64,000 nt of DNA, from positions 64,295 through 128,294 of the forward strand of contig CAZVEX010000001.1 in assembly GCA_964625535.1 (NCBI GenBank), in the 5' to 3' direction. Both the position numbers and the translations under genes were made by a program. Positions within the stretch are counted from its first letter, which is position 1. Every line of letters starts with the position of its first letter. Origin of the DNA: an uncultured Gammaproteobacteria bacterium. GTDB lineage: Bacteria; Patescibacteriota; Microgenomatia; Daviesbacterales; UBA10151. Below are positions 26,535-35,659 of this stretch, in pieces. The notes below the pieces were generated by a model, which was given only the letters and a program-made list of their open reading frames with translations, ran no database searches and was not told the DNA's origin.

Positions 26535-27992
26535 TTATGCAATTCTGGCAAGTTTAAATTCCCGGATTAATCTTTCAGGATCGTTTTCTCTAAAGTGCAT
26601 GGCTCTTCCTCCATATTCTGCTCTGAATGCTGTAGAATAATTTGCGTTATCATCAATAAATAAAACGCTTTGAAGGTTAGGATGACCTAATTGATCGAAC
26701 AAAAACTCGAAGGCAGGGCTGTCTTTTTCTCTTTTGGCAGCTCCAATTACAGAGGAAATTAGAATATTGCCTCTTTTTATTCCAGGGTAAAATCTTGTTA
26801 CTATATCCAAATTCGGATTGACTAAAGGAGGTATGGCGTCAGAAAGAACAAAAACCGAAATGTTAGGATTACCCAAAATTTTCCCAACTAACTCCGGCAT
26901 TCCGGGTGTCGGATAATAAACCTCTGGATGATTAAAATAACCTTCAGCTTCCTCCATGGAAGAAGGAAAATGCAGACCTAACGTTGCAAAAAATCTTCTT
27001 AAGTAATGCTCTTTTGATATTTTGCCGGGCATGCCATCATCTAGTGACTGTGAAATAGCTGTGGAAATTTCCTCGGGAGAACATTTCAGTGCCAAAGCCA
27101 TGGCTTGCCAAAGCGCGTCATCTGCAAAATTGGTTAGCACTCCGCCTATATCAAAAACCACGGTTTGTATAGGGGGTTTTCCCAGCACTCTGTCAACTGC
27201 CAGATCCAGAGTTTCTTGGGCTTGTTTTAGAGCTCGGAGATAGTCTTGATTTTCAGCTAGACTGAATTCTGTAAAAGCAGCCCGTAGGACCTCGTTAATA
27301 TCCGAAACACCGGCATTCGCTAACAGTTTTATTTCGTCAAATATTAAATCAATGGCAAGTTGCTGTTTACTTCCTTGGGTTAATGCCCTAAGTCCAAATC
27401 TTTCTGACGCGAAGACGCCCCCAGTATATCGACTTGCCTGGGATTCGTAGAGACCTTGTATTTGTGTTATTGAAAGCGGCGTGCCGTCAGGATTTAATTT
27501 ACCCATGTTATCCGAAAGATCCAAGATAGCTTGGGGAAGAGTTAAGTTGTCAATAGTCATTACTGCTTGTCCTCTACCCAAAATTTCGGGTATTGGAGGA
27601 TGTTTAGCTGCCAAACTCTGTCTTACTCCAATATTTCTACTAACAAGCCTGCCGGCAACATTTTTTCTGAAGTAGCGATGGGGTACTACCAAGCTTCCAA
27701 TATCGTCAATAAGCTGCAGGCTTTCTGCTTCATATGGAGATAAAGTATTTGAACCGACTTTCCGGGCGATGTGTCTTGCTAAAATCGAGCTGTAAACAAT
27801 GTGATCCCAGTAATCGGGGAATACTTTAGGGTGGACATAAGGCGCCGCCAATAACAGTGCTTGTCTTGTCTCTACGATATCGCTTTGCTGGAAAGGTCTT
27901 TCCTGAACCAATGCGGTATTTGCCAGATTATCCCTTAAAATTTCTACTATAATAGGTCCTCTGGTCTTAACATCGTTTCTTTCAATCTCCAT
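26535..27992 (-). CDS. Two-domain hydrolase: N-terminal HD-like domain (degenerate) fused to C-terminal HAD-superfamily hydrolase
   Basis: C-terminal VVFDIGGVLTNF (HAD motif I variant DxGG) ... ISVFVLSDA ... SVLFIDDNANY (motif IV); N-terminal DHIVYSSILARHIARKVG ... LQLIDDIGS; gene noticeably GC-richer than surroundings. Confidence 0.4.
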   Translation of the reverse strand: MEIERNDVKTRGPIIVEILRDNLANTALVQERPFQQSDIVETRQALLLAAPYVHPKVFPDYWDHIVYSSILARHIARKVGSNTLSPYEAESLQLIDDIGSLVVPHRYFRKNVAGRLVSRNIGVRQSLAAKHPPIPEILGRGQAVMTIDNLTLPQAILDLSDNMGKLNPDGTPLSITQIQGLYESQASRYTGGVFASERFGLRALTQGSKQQLAIDLIFDEIKLLANAGVSDINEVLRAAFTEFSLAENQDYLRALKQAQETLDLAVDRVLGKPPIQTVVFDIGGVLTNFADDALWQAMALALKCSPEEISTAISQSLDDGMPGKISKEHYLRRFFATLGLHFPSSMEEAEGYFNHPEVYYPTPGMPELVGKILGNPNISVFVLSDAIPPLVNPNLDIVTRFYPGIKRGNILISSVIGAAKREKDSPAFEFLFDQLGHPNLQSVLFIDDNANYSTAFRAEYGGRAMHFRENDPERLIREFKLARIA

Positions 27993-28024
27993 CTTATAGG
28001 AATTCTACTGGAATTTATTGACGA

Positions 28025-29065
28025 ATGCAAAACTTTAGGCTAAACTCACGAGGTATGATTAACTGCGGACTCGTTGGCTATGGATACTGGGGGCCAAATA
28101 TTGCCAGGTCCATCACCAGGATTAAAGATGTTAATCTGTTAATGATTTGCGATAAAGATAGCTTTAAGTTGGATGGCGCCAAAGTTTTATATCCACAGGT
28201 TCTAACAACCAATAACGCGGATGAGATTTTAAAAAATCCTAAAATTGATGCGGTCATTATTGCGACTCCTGCCAGCAATCATTTTGAACTGGCTTCAAGA
28301 GCACTTAAATCGGGTAAGCATATTCTGATAGAAAAACCTGTTACGATCAATACCGCTCAAGCGCAGACTCTCATAAAACTTAACAAAAAAACTAAAAGAA
28401 TTGTTATGATAGGACACACTTTTGAATATAACCCGACAGTTTTAAAAATGAAACAGATTATCAAAGATGATGATCTGGGCAAAATTTATTATATGTATTC
28501 AACCAGAGTCAATCTGGGACAAATAAAAGGAGATGTTAATGCTTTATGGAATTTGGCTCCCCATGATATTTCCATTTTGAATTTTTTGCTGGATTCGCAA
28601 CCCCTTGAAGCAATGGCATTTGGTGCTTGTTACCTGCAAAAAGGAATTGAGGATGTGGTGTTTATGATATTAAGATATCCGGGGAATGTCTTGGCCAAGG
28701 TTCATGTCAGTTGGTTGGATCCGGCCAAAGAGCGTAAAATGACTATAGTCGGATCTAAAAAAATGCTGGTGTTTGATGATTTGGATAATGAGATGCCCTT
28801 GAAAATTTATGATAAAAGGGTAGATACCGGAGAGGTAGCCAGGGGGCTTGTCACGGAATACAAGATTAAGCTGCATTCGGGAGATATCTATGCGCCCCAA
28901 GTGGAGAATAAAGAACCCCTGCTTGAGGAGCTTAAACACTTTTTTGAGTGTATAGAAAAAAATAAGCCACCTGCAACAGATTTGGTTAACGGTTTAAGGG
29001 TAGTACAGGTTTTGGAAGCCTGTCAAAAATCTCTGGCGAACAAAAACAAATGGATAAAAATATAA
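28025..29065 (+). CDS. Gfo/Idh/MocA-family NAD-dependent sugar dehydrogenase (WbpB-like UDP-sugar 3-dehydrogenase candidate)
   Basis: MINCGLVGYGYWGPNIARSI Rossmann; AVIIATPASNHFELASRALKSGKHILIEKP (EKP motif). Confidence 0.75.
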   Translation: MQNFRLNSRGMINCGLVGYGYWGPNIARSITRIKDVNLLMICDKDSFKLDGAKVLYPQVLTTNNADEILKNPKIDAVIIATPASNHFELASRALKSGKHILIEKPVTINTAQAQTLIKLNKKTKRIVMIGHTFEYNPTVLKMKQIIKDDDLGKIYYMYSTRVNLGQIKGDVNALWNLAPHDISILNFLLDSQPLEAMAFGACYLQKGIEDVVFMILRYPGNVLAKVHVSWLDPAKERKMTIVGSKKMLVFDDLDNEMPLKIYDKRVDTGEVARGLVTEYKIKLHSGDIYAPQVENKEPLLEELKHFFECIEKNKPPATDLVNGLRVVQVLEACQKSLANKNKWIKI

Positions 29066-29595
29066 GGGTTGAAGAATTTGTTATTATCAAAGGAGATGCT
29101 AAGATAGGAAAAAATAGCATTATCAGATCGCATAGCGTTATATACCCGGGTAATAAAATAGGGGACAGTTTCCAGACCGGTCATGGCGTTTTGATCAGGG
29201 AAAATAATAAAATAGGCAACAATGTCAGTATAGGCAGTCACACAGTTATTGAGCATGATGTTGTTATTGAGGATGGTTGTCGAGTGCATTCCAATGCTTT
29301 TATTCCTGAATTTTCGGTTCTGAAAAGAAACTCATGGATTGGGCCTTGTGTGGTTTTGACAAATGCCAAGTACCCAAGATCTAAAAACGTAAAGCAAAAT
29401 TTAAAAGGAGTGGTAGTTGGCGAGAATGCTAAAATAGGCGCAGGGGCTGTAATTTTACCGGGAGTTAAGATCGGTAAAAATGCTTTGGTTGGGGCGGGTA
29501 GTGTGGTTACTAAAGATGTTTTAGATAATGCTGTTGTTGCAGGAAACCCGGCAAAAGTGATAAAAAGTGTTTTAGAAATAAAAGATTATGATTAA
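29050..29595 (+). CDS. Left-handed beta-helix (hexapeptide) acetyltransferase, WbpD/PglD-like sugar N-acetyltransferase
   Basis: Repeating hexapeptides IGKNSIIRSHSVIYPGNKIGDSFQTGHGVLIRENNKIGNNVSIGSHTVIEHDVVIEDGCRVHS; overlaps both neighbours. Confidence 0.75.
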   Translation: MDKNIRVEEFVIIKGDAKIGKNSIIRSHSVIYPGNKIGDSFQTGHGVLIRENNKIGNNVSIGSHTVIEHDVVIEDGCRVHSNAFIPEFSVLKRNSWIGPCVVLTNAKYPRSKNVKQNLKGVVVGENAKIGAGAVILPGVKIGKNALVGAGSVVTKDVLDNAVVAGNPAKVIKSVLEIKDYD

Positions 29596-30697
29596 AAAAA
29601 TATCATTGATGGATTTACCGGGTCAATATGAATTAGTTGAGAAGGAAGTTTTACCTAAGATTAAAGAAGTTTTGAAATCCGGCCGCTACATCATGGGGCC
29701 GGAGGTAAAAAGGTTTGAAGAAAATTTCGCCAAATATTGTCATGCAAAGTATTGTATCGGTACTAGTTCAGGAACAGAATCGCTATACCTTTCTCTGCGC
29801 GCCCTTGGTATAGGAGAAAGGGATGAGGTTATTACCGTACCGAATACATTTACCGCAACAGCGGAAGTAATCGTGTTAGTTGGGGCAAAACCTGTTTTTT
29901 GCGATGTGGATCCTGAAACTTTGAATTTAGACCCTAAATCCTTCAAAAATAAAATTACAAAAAAAACAAAGGCTGTAATTCCGGTTCATCTGCATGGTAA
30001 TCCTGTTGATATGGATGAAATTCATAAAATTTGTAAGGTAAAAAAGATTGCCGTAATTGAGGATGCCGCACAAGCGCATGGCGCTAAATATAAAGGGAGA
30101 GCAATAGGCTCTCTAGCTTCAGAGACCACCTGTTTTAGTTTTCATCCCGTTAAAAATTTAGGGGCTTTTGGAGACGGCGGGGCGGTTGTTACAAACAATG
30201 GGGGACTTGAAGAAATTATCAGAAAGTTATCAAACCATGGCCGGGAAGATCACTACTTTCATAGTTTGATAGGTATGACTGGCAGGTTGGATGCGCTACA
30301 AGGGGCAATTTTGGATATTAAGTTGAAGTATTTGAGTAAATGGATTAAACAGAAGACAAAACTTGTTGAATATTACCGGAAAAAATTGCCAAGTGTTTGT
30401 AAATTTATAGAGACAATAAAAGGAGGGGAAAGTAGCCATCACATTTTTGCAATAATTATTTCAAAAAGAGACGAACTGGCAAAATATCTAAAGGATTTTG
30501 GGATTGAAACAGGCATACATTATCCTACCCCCCTTCATTTGCAACCGGCTTACAAATTTTTAGAGTATAAAACCGGGGATTTTCCTGTGGCGGAAAAATA
30601 TGCCAATGAAACTCTCTCGCTTCCACTGTACCCGCATATGAGAAAAGAAGAAATAGATTTCGTCATTGAAAAAATTCATCAATTTTATGACCAGTAA
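29588..30697 (+). CDS. DegT/DnrJ/EryC1-family PLP-dependent sugar aminotransferase (WbpE-like), canonical Lys present
   Basis: TCFSFHPVKNLGAFGDGGAV with Schiff-base Lys; N-terminal GPEVKRFEENFAKY. Confidence 0.8.
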   Translation: MIKKISLMDLPGQYELVEKEVLPKIKEVLKSGRYIMGPEVKRFEENFAKYCHAKYCIGTSSGTESLYLSLRALGIGERDEVITVPNTFTATAEVIVLVGAKPVFCDVDPETLNLDPKSFKNKITKKTKAVIPVHLHGNPVDMDEIHKICKVKKIAVIEDAAQAHGAKYKGRAIGSLASETTCFSFHPVKNLGAFGDGGAVVTNNGGLEEIIRKLSNHGREDHYFHSLIGMTGRLDALQGAILDIKLKYLSKWIKQKTKLVEYYRKKLPSVCKFIETIKGGESSHHIFAIIISKRDELAKYLKDFGIETGIHYPTPLHLQPAYKFLEYKTGDFPVAEKYANETLSLPLYPHMRKEEIDFVIEKIHQFYDQ

Positions 30698-31637
30698 AAA
30701 AATATTAATTACCGGCGGTGGGGGTTTTATCGGCAGTTTCCTGACGGAAGCATTCTATAAAGACAACAAAATAACTTTATTTGACAACGGCAGAAGAAAT
30801 TCTTTTCAATTCTTACCTGAATCAATTAAGGAGAAGGTTTCTTTTATCAAAGGGGACATCAGGGAGGTGGAGGCGGTTAAGAAAGCTGTTAAGAATAAAG
30901 ATATTATTATTCATTTGGCCGCAATTGCAGGGGCTTCTTTTTACGAAACAGACCCGCTTTTGACTCTAGAGGTAAATCTTTTTGGAACTGCCAATTTGCT
31001 GAAAGTTTTATCAAATATATCGGTTGAACGGATTATTACTTTTTCCACTTCTGAAGTCTATGGACCTTCTGCAGTTAATGTATCAGAGTATGACCCAACA
31101 TGCATAGGCCCTGTATCCGAAGGCAGATGGTCATATGCGATCTCGAAAGTAGCTTCCGATCATTTGGCCAGAGCATATTTTAAAAAATACGGCTTGCCGG
31201 TTAATATGGTAAGACCGTTTAATATTTACGGGCCAAGGCAAGTTGGCGAAGGAGCTATCAGCAATATGTTAACCTCGGCCATAAAGACCGGAAAGGTTTA
31301 TGTTACGGGTGACGGATCGCAAAAAAGAGCCTGGTGCTACATATCGGATATGGTCAGGGCAATAGAGCTGATGCTTAAAAAAAATACTTTTGGAGAGTGT
31401 TTCAATATTGGTAATCCTCGCGCGTACGCAACCATGCTGGAGCTGGCCAAAAAAATTCAGAAGCTTGTTAAAGGGGCAGAAATAATTTTTACCAAGGGTA
31501 GAAAAGTTGAAGTTTTGGACAGAAAGCCAAATATTGCAAAGGCTAATGAGTCTTTGGGGTTTACACCGGAAAAGGGATTGGATGAGGGTTTGAAATTAAC
31601 TTTTGACTGGTGGGAGAAAAATATATCTAAATTCTAA
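30687..31637 (+). CDS. NAD-dependent nucleotide-sugar epimerase/dehydratase (extended SDR)
   Basis: KILITGGGGFIGSFLTEAF; Y-x3-K in YAISKVASDHLARAY; start at 30687 (MTSKK) or 30666. Confidence 0.8.
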   Translation: MTSKKILITGGGGFIGSFLTEAFYKDNKITLFDNGRRNSFQFLPESIKEKVSFIKGDIREVEAVKKAVKNKDIIIHLAAIAGASFYETDPLLTLEVNLFGTANLLKVLSNISVERIITFSTSEVYGPSAVNVSEYDPTCIGPVSEGRWSYAISKVASDHLARAYFKKYGLPVNMVRPFNIYGPRQVGEGAISNMLTSAIKTGKVYVTGDGSQKRAWCYISDMVRAIELMLKKNTFGECFNIGNPRAYATMLELAKKIQKLVKGAEIIFTKGRKVEVLDRKPNIAKANESLGFTPEKGLDEGLKLTFDWWEKNISKF

Positions 31638-33132
31638 AAACTTGGGTATCTTCTGTTTCAAATAACAGATCCTTCTTTGTCATATTTAATTCTTCCATTG
31701 ATGCATAGTCTTTCTTAAGAATCAGGGTACTTAAGTTATATTTTTTGGCAATATCTTTAACCGAAGCTTTTAGGATCGGGAAAACATCTTCTATTTTTTG
31801 CAATGTTCCTGCTTGAATATCTACTAGCACTTTTGCTTTAGTATTGTATAAAATCATAGTAGTGATCTGATGAGGAATACAAAGGATTCTAGGGACAGGT
31901 TTTAACCTATTTATGAAAGAAAAGATTTTTTTCATATCTTTGGTAACGGAGCGATTTTTATCTTCAATGATGCCTTTCCACTGAATAAAAACTGTTAAAG
32001 ACAGATTTACAAAAAGAATAGATAAGAAAGCAACTATGGCCGCATTTTTATAACTTGTATCTAACAATGCAAAAAAGGTAACGGCCGAAATAACAGCAGT
32101 TGGGGCCAGTACCATTTCCAAATATCTTTGTCCTTCCCCAATAGGTATCAGGTATTTGACTGACAAAACCAAAATGGACAAAATATAAAAGAACACCACC
32201 AGTATGCTCATTTTATATAAAAGAGGGTTGTCGACAGGCGTAAGTTGCCAGCCAAAGGAAGCGGCTACAAAAAAAAGTAAAGGAAAAACTATCCACATAT
32301 TGGTCCCGATTAAAGTTACAGGTGTAAAAGTGCCTAGAAGGTAATAAATTTTGCCGACGAAATCTGTTTTTCCTCGCTGTTTTATAATTCCTCTTACCTG
32401 GTGGGCAAACCGGTACTGAAAATTTCTCATCCAAAATCGGATGTTATCAATATGTCCCTGGAGGATTCTTAGGTAATAACCCCTGCTTATGAGGATTGCT
32501 GTCAATAAAGATGCGAAGAAAATTAGTAAATATGGAAAAGTTCTATTCTCTATAATCGAGAAAAATATACAAGCAAAAAGGAGAGATTGGGTAGCAAACT
32601 TATGGGTAAAAAAACTCAAAGTAACAAAGATAAAGGATATCAAAAGATAGGATATATTGGGAGAGATGGAATAAAGTAACATTGGATAAAAGGCCAGTGT
32701 AAAATTTAAATAACCTAAAGATCTAGGAGTCAGGTAGCTATTTTCCAAAATTGCCAAAGGAATGGTTGCATAGATAAGTTGGGCAAGAAGGGCTATTTCC
32801 ACTTTGCCTGTGATTTGCAAAGTTATAATAAAAACCAATATATTTTGCAAAATATCGAAAATTGGGGCAATAAACCCCTGGATGCTAAAAAGCATTTTTT
32901 TGGATATAAAAGAGAGTAACCAAGGTAAAGCAGGTGGATAATTAAAGAATCCTTCCAGGATAAAACCGTCTTGGATTTTCTGCATTGGGATTTTATGCCG
33001 GTTTTTTCTGATATAATCTGTTTCAAGCATTCTTGACCAGACATCTACCCCAAAATATCTGTTGAAAAAGCGGGGATATGATTGGAAAATAAAACTTAAT
33101 ATTGGTATGATGATGCCGACAAGGTAATGCAT
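31627..33132 (-). CDS. 501-aa polytopic membrane protein (Wzy/O-antigen-polymerase-like or other glycan-processing integral membrane enzyme), unassigned
   Basis: ~11 hydrophobic segments followed by ~110-aa hydrophilic C-terminus; no soluble-enzyme motifs. Confidence 0.35.
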   Translation of the reverse strand: MHYLVGIIIPILSFIFQSYPRFFNRYFGVDVWSRMLETDYIRKNRHKIPMQKIQDGFILEGFFNYPPALPWLLSFISKKMLFSIQGFIAPIFDILQNILVFIITLQITGKVEIALLAQLIYATIPLAILENSYLTPRSLGYLNFTLAFYPMLLYSISPNISYLLISFIFVTLSFFTHKFATQSLLFACIFFSIIENRTFPYLLIFFASLLTAILISRGYYLRILQGHIDNIRFWMRNFQYRFAHQVRGIIKQRGKTDFVGKIYYLLGTFTPVTLIGTNMWIVFPLLFFVAASFGWQLTPVDNPLLYKMSILVVFFYILSILVLSVKYLIPIGEGQRYLEMVLAPTAVISAVTFFALLDTSYKNAAIVAFLSILFVNLSLTVFIQWKGIIEDKNRSVTKDMKKIFSFINRLKPVPRILCIPHQITTMILYNTKAKVLVDIQAGTLQKIEDVFPILKASVKDIAKKYNLSTLILKKDYASMEELNMTKKDLLFETEDTQVFRI

Positions 33133-33152
33133 AAAACTTTGCCTATTATATT

Positions 33153-33815
33153 ATGAATAAAACAAAAAAGATAATCATACTTGGTACAGGCGGAACCTCA
33201 ATAGATATTTTAGATGTCGTTTACGACATTAATAAGTTTTACGGCAGTAAAATCTATCAGGTTCTGGGTTTTCTTGATGATGATAAGTCGAAGTTGAGTA
33301 GAGAGATAGATGGTATTAAAATACTGGGATCTCTTGCTTCTGCAAAAGACTATACGCAGGCTTTTTTTGTAAACGGCATTGGCAATCCAACAACTTTCTT
33401 TTTGAAAGAGAAAATAATTGCAAAGACAAATGTTTCTTTGGACCGATTTATTACACTGATACATCCGTCAGCAAATATTTCAAAATCTGCAGAAATTGGA
33501 TTAGGATCGGTTATATTTCAGAATGTTGTAGTTGGCTCTAATGCTAAAATAGGAAAGCATGTTGTAATTCTACCAAATACCGTAATAAGTCATGACGATA
33601 GAGTGGGAGATTATACTTGCATAGCGGGCTGTGTTTATATATCGGGTGCAGTGTCAATTGGTCAGACTTGCTATATTGGGGCGAATGCTTCTGTCAAAGA
33701 ATCTCTATCTATTGGCGAGGGTTCTCTTGTAGGGATGGGCAGCGTGGTAATAGTTAATGTTTCCAGTAGAAGTGTTTATGCCGGTAATCCCGCAAAATTC
33801 ATAAGAGGTTTGTAA
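33153..33815 (+). CDS. NeuD/PglD-family sugar acetyltransferase (N-terminal Rossmann-like + hexapeptide LbH)
   Basis: KKIIILGTGGTSIDILDVVYD ... VLGFLDDD then hexapeptide repeats IGSNAKIGKHVVILPNTVISHDDRVGDYTCIAGCVYISGAVSIG. Confidence 0.75.
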   Translation: MNKTKKIIILGTGGTSIDILDVVYDINKFYGSKIYQVLGFLDDDKSKLSREIDGIKILGSLASAKDYTQAFFVNGIGNPTTFFLKEKIIAKTNVSLDRFITLIHPSANISKSAEIGLGSVIFQNVVVGSNAKIGKHVVILPNTVISHDDRVGDYTCIAGCVYISGAVSIGQTCYIGANASVKESLSIGEGSLVGMGSVVIVNVSSRSVYAGNPAKFIRGL

Positions 33816-34369
33816 TGATCAAAAGTAATATCAGGAAAATTTTAAAAGAAATAAATTTGGTCTTATCAAAAATTGAGGAAGAAGAAGTTGATAAATTAGT
33901 TGATGAAATTGTAAAAGCGCAAAAAATTATTACTATTGGAGCCGGTCGGGTAGGACTTTCCGCAAGGGGGTTTGCAATGAGGTTGGGACATTTAGGTCTG
34001 TTGTCTTTTACTACCGCAGATACTACTATTCCGGCAATAGGGGAAAAGGATCTACTTATTGTTTGTTCCGGTTCGGGTGAAACCCAGGCTGTTTATGACT
34101 TGGCATTAATCGGTAAAAACCACAAGGTAAAAATTTGCGCAATCACGGCAAATCCCAAATCAAGGATTGGACAATTGGCTGATTTAATTGTTAGGATAAA
34201 ATCGCCGACAAAGTTGAAATCTTTAAATGGTTTTAAATCCATACAACCGATGACTACTTTAAATGAGCAATGCTTGATGATTTTTTTTGATTCATTAGTT
34301 TTGAAACTGATGAAAAAGTTGGGTGAGAACGATGAAAGTATGTGGAAGCGCCATTCCAATCTAGAATGA
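33815..34369 (+). CDS. SIS-domain sugar-phosphate isomerase (6-phospho-3-hexuloisomerase/PHI-like; GmhA/KdsD-like alternatives)
   Basis: ITIGAGRVGLSARGFAMRLGHLGLLS ... LLIVCSGSGET; 184 aa single SIS domain. Confidence 0.65.
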   Translation: MIKSNIRKILKEINLVLSKIEEEEVDKLVDEIVKAQKIITIGAGRVGLSARGFAMRLGHLGLLSFTTADTTIPAIGEKDLLIVCSGSGETQAVYDLALIGKNHKVKICAITANPKSRIGQLADLIVRIKSPTKLKSLNGFKSIQPMTTLNEQCLMIFFDSLVLKLMKKLGENDESMWKRHSNLE

Positions 34370-35037
34370 AATTTAAGTTATCGGCATCTTTAATTTGCGC
34401 AAAATTAATCGCTTTGAAGCAAGAGTTAAAGCTTCTGGAAAAAGGCGGAATTGACCGCATTCATTTTGATGTGATGGACGGGATATTTGTGCCAAGATAC
34501 GGTTTGCCTCCTGAAATATTAAAAGAAGTACACCAAGTTACCAATATCCCAGTTACTGTACATCTGATGGTTTCGGATCCTGAACCATATATTGAAGTTT
34601 TTGCTAAAGCCGGGGCAGATGCATTTGTTTTTCATATTGAACCGGTATTTCATGCAAACAGGGTTTTAAAAAAGGTTAAAGATGCCGGCATGAAAGCAGG
34701 AGTAGCTCTGAATCCGGCCACCTCTCTTGGAGTTTTAGATTATGTTTTGGAGGATTTGGATCTGGTAATGCTGATGGCTATAAACCCCGGTATTTTAGGC
34801 CATAAATTAATTCCCGGAATGCTTGCAAAAATTGCAGATTTAAAAAATAAATTAAAAAATTATCCCGATATCAAAATAGAAATTGACGGTGGGGTAACCT
34901 TTGAAAGCGCCCCCAGGATGATAAAAAACGGCGCAGATATCCTAGTCTGCGGCAATTCAACAATTTTTAAACCGGATGCGTTGGTAGATCAAAAGATTAA
35001 AGAATTAAGAAAAGCAATTGCTGATTCTTTAAATTAG
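34366..35037 (+). CDS. Ribulose-phosphate 3-epimerase-like (RPE family TIM barrel)
   Basis: Start at ATG 34366 (ATGA overlap with SIS gene); HFDVMDGIFVP, VTVHLMV, GVALNPATS, LMAINPGILG, IEIDGGV, VCGNSTIF match the RPE signature series. Confidence 0.7.
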   Translation: MKFKLSASLICAKLIALKQELKLLEKGGIDRIHFDVMDGIFVPRYGLPPEILKEVHQVTNIPVTVHLMVSDPEPYIEVFAKAGADAFVFHIEPVFHANRVLKKVKDAGMKAGVALNPATSLGVLDYVLEDLDLVMLMAINPGILGHKLIPGMLAKIADLKNKLKNYPDIKIEIDGGVTFESAPRMIKNGADILVCGNSTIFKPDALVDQKIKELRKAIADSLN

Positions 35038-35038
35038 C

Positions 35039-35578
35039 TTAAACTCTTTGGTACATATCAGCTATTCTACGAATATCAGCCTCATCAGATGGGTGGGTAG
35101 GATCTGTATGAATCCAAAGTTCTGCAAAAATAGCCCGTTGCTCCAAGCCAACCGGTCGATGGCGTGTTCCAACTGGTATATGAAAACACTCTCCACTTTG
35201 ATAAGTTTGGAGCTCTTGGGGTTGTACGTCAGTTATGCTTAAATAAAGACCTACCGGACCATCTATAACCCTATTAAACTCACCCCTTCTTTCGTGAACC
35301 TGCCATGATGTCATTTGTCCAGCTTCTACTACTGTAATTTTTGGGCTAACCGTTAAAACTGTAGGTATGGGTTCAGGGAGCGGTATGCCTCCAAAATAAG
35401 TTTCTATATATAAAACCCTACACCTATCTGCTATTCTATGAAATCCTCCCCAAGGTCTCCCAAAATCTGTTTCAATTATTTCCATGCCCTGTTCATGCAA
35501 AATTTCTTCCAGTCTTCGAGAAACTTCAATTTTCGCTAAACCTGGAGGAAAATCAAAAGGTTTTAATATTTCGCTCAT
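35039..35578 (-). CDS. Cupin-domain protein (mannose-6-phosphate-isomerase-type cupin?)
   Basis: SWQVHERRGEFNRVIDGPVGLYL ... GECFHIPVGTRHRP two-motif cupin; GC-richer than neighbours. Confidence 0.4.
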   Translation of the reverse strand: MSEILKPFDFPPGLAKIEVSRRLEEILHEQGMEIIETDFGRPWGGFHRIADRCRVLYIETYFGGIPLPEPIPTVLTVSPKITVVEAGQMTSWQVHERRGEFNRVIDGPVGLYLSITDVQPQELQTYQSGECFHIPVGTRHRPVGLEQRAIFAELWIHTDPTHPSDEADIRRIADMYQRV

Positions 35579-35640
35579 TTTGTTCCTAATTATACCACTT
35601 CTTGTTCAAAAATCAACTATGGGATAAAATCAGAAAATTA

Positions 35641-35649
35641 TGGTATAAT
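35641..35649 (+). promoter_or_regulatory. Extended -10 element TGGTATAAT ~11 nt upstream of PfkB kinase start codon (leaderless or near-leaderless transcript)
   Basis: TGGTATAAT at 35641-35649, ATG at 35660; no convincing -35. Confidence 0.35.
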
Positions 35650-35659
35650 CTTTCCTGCG

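Noticed and set aside
34366-35037. Interpreting the TIM-barrel gene as 3-hexulose-6-phosphate synthase (natural PHI partner)
   Set aside because: The sequence carries the full ribulose-phosphate 3-epimerase signature series (HFDVMDGIFVP, NPATS, NPG, DGGV) rather than OMP-decarboxylase-family HPS motifs.
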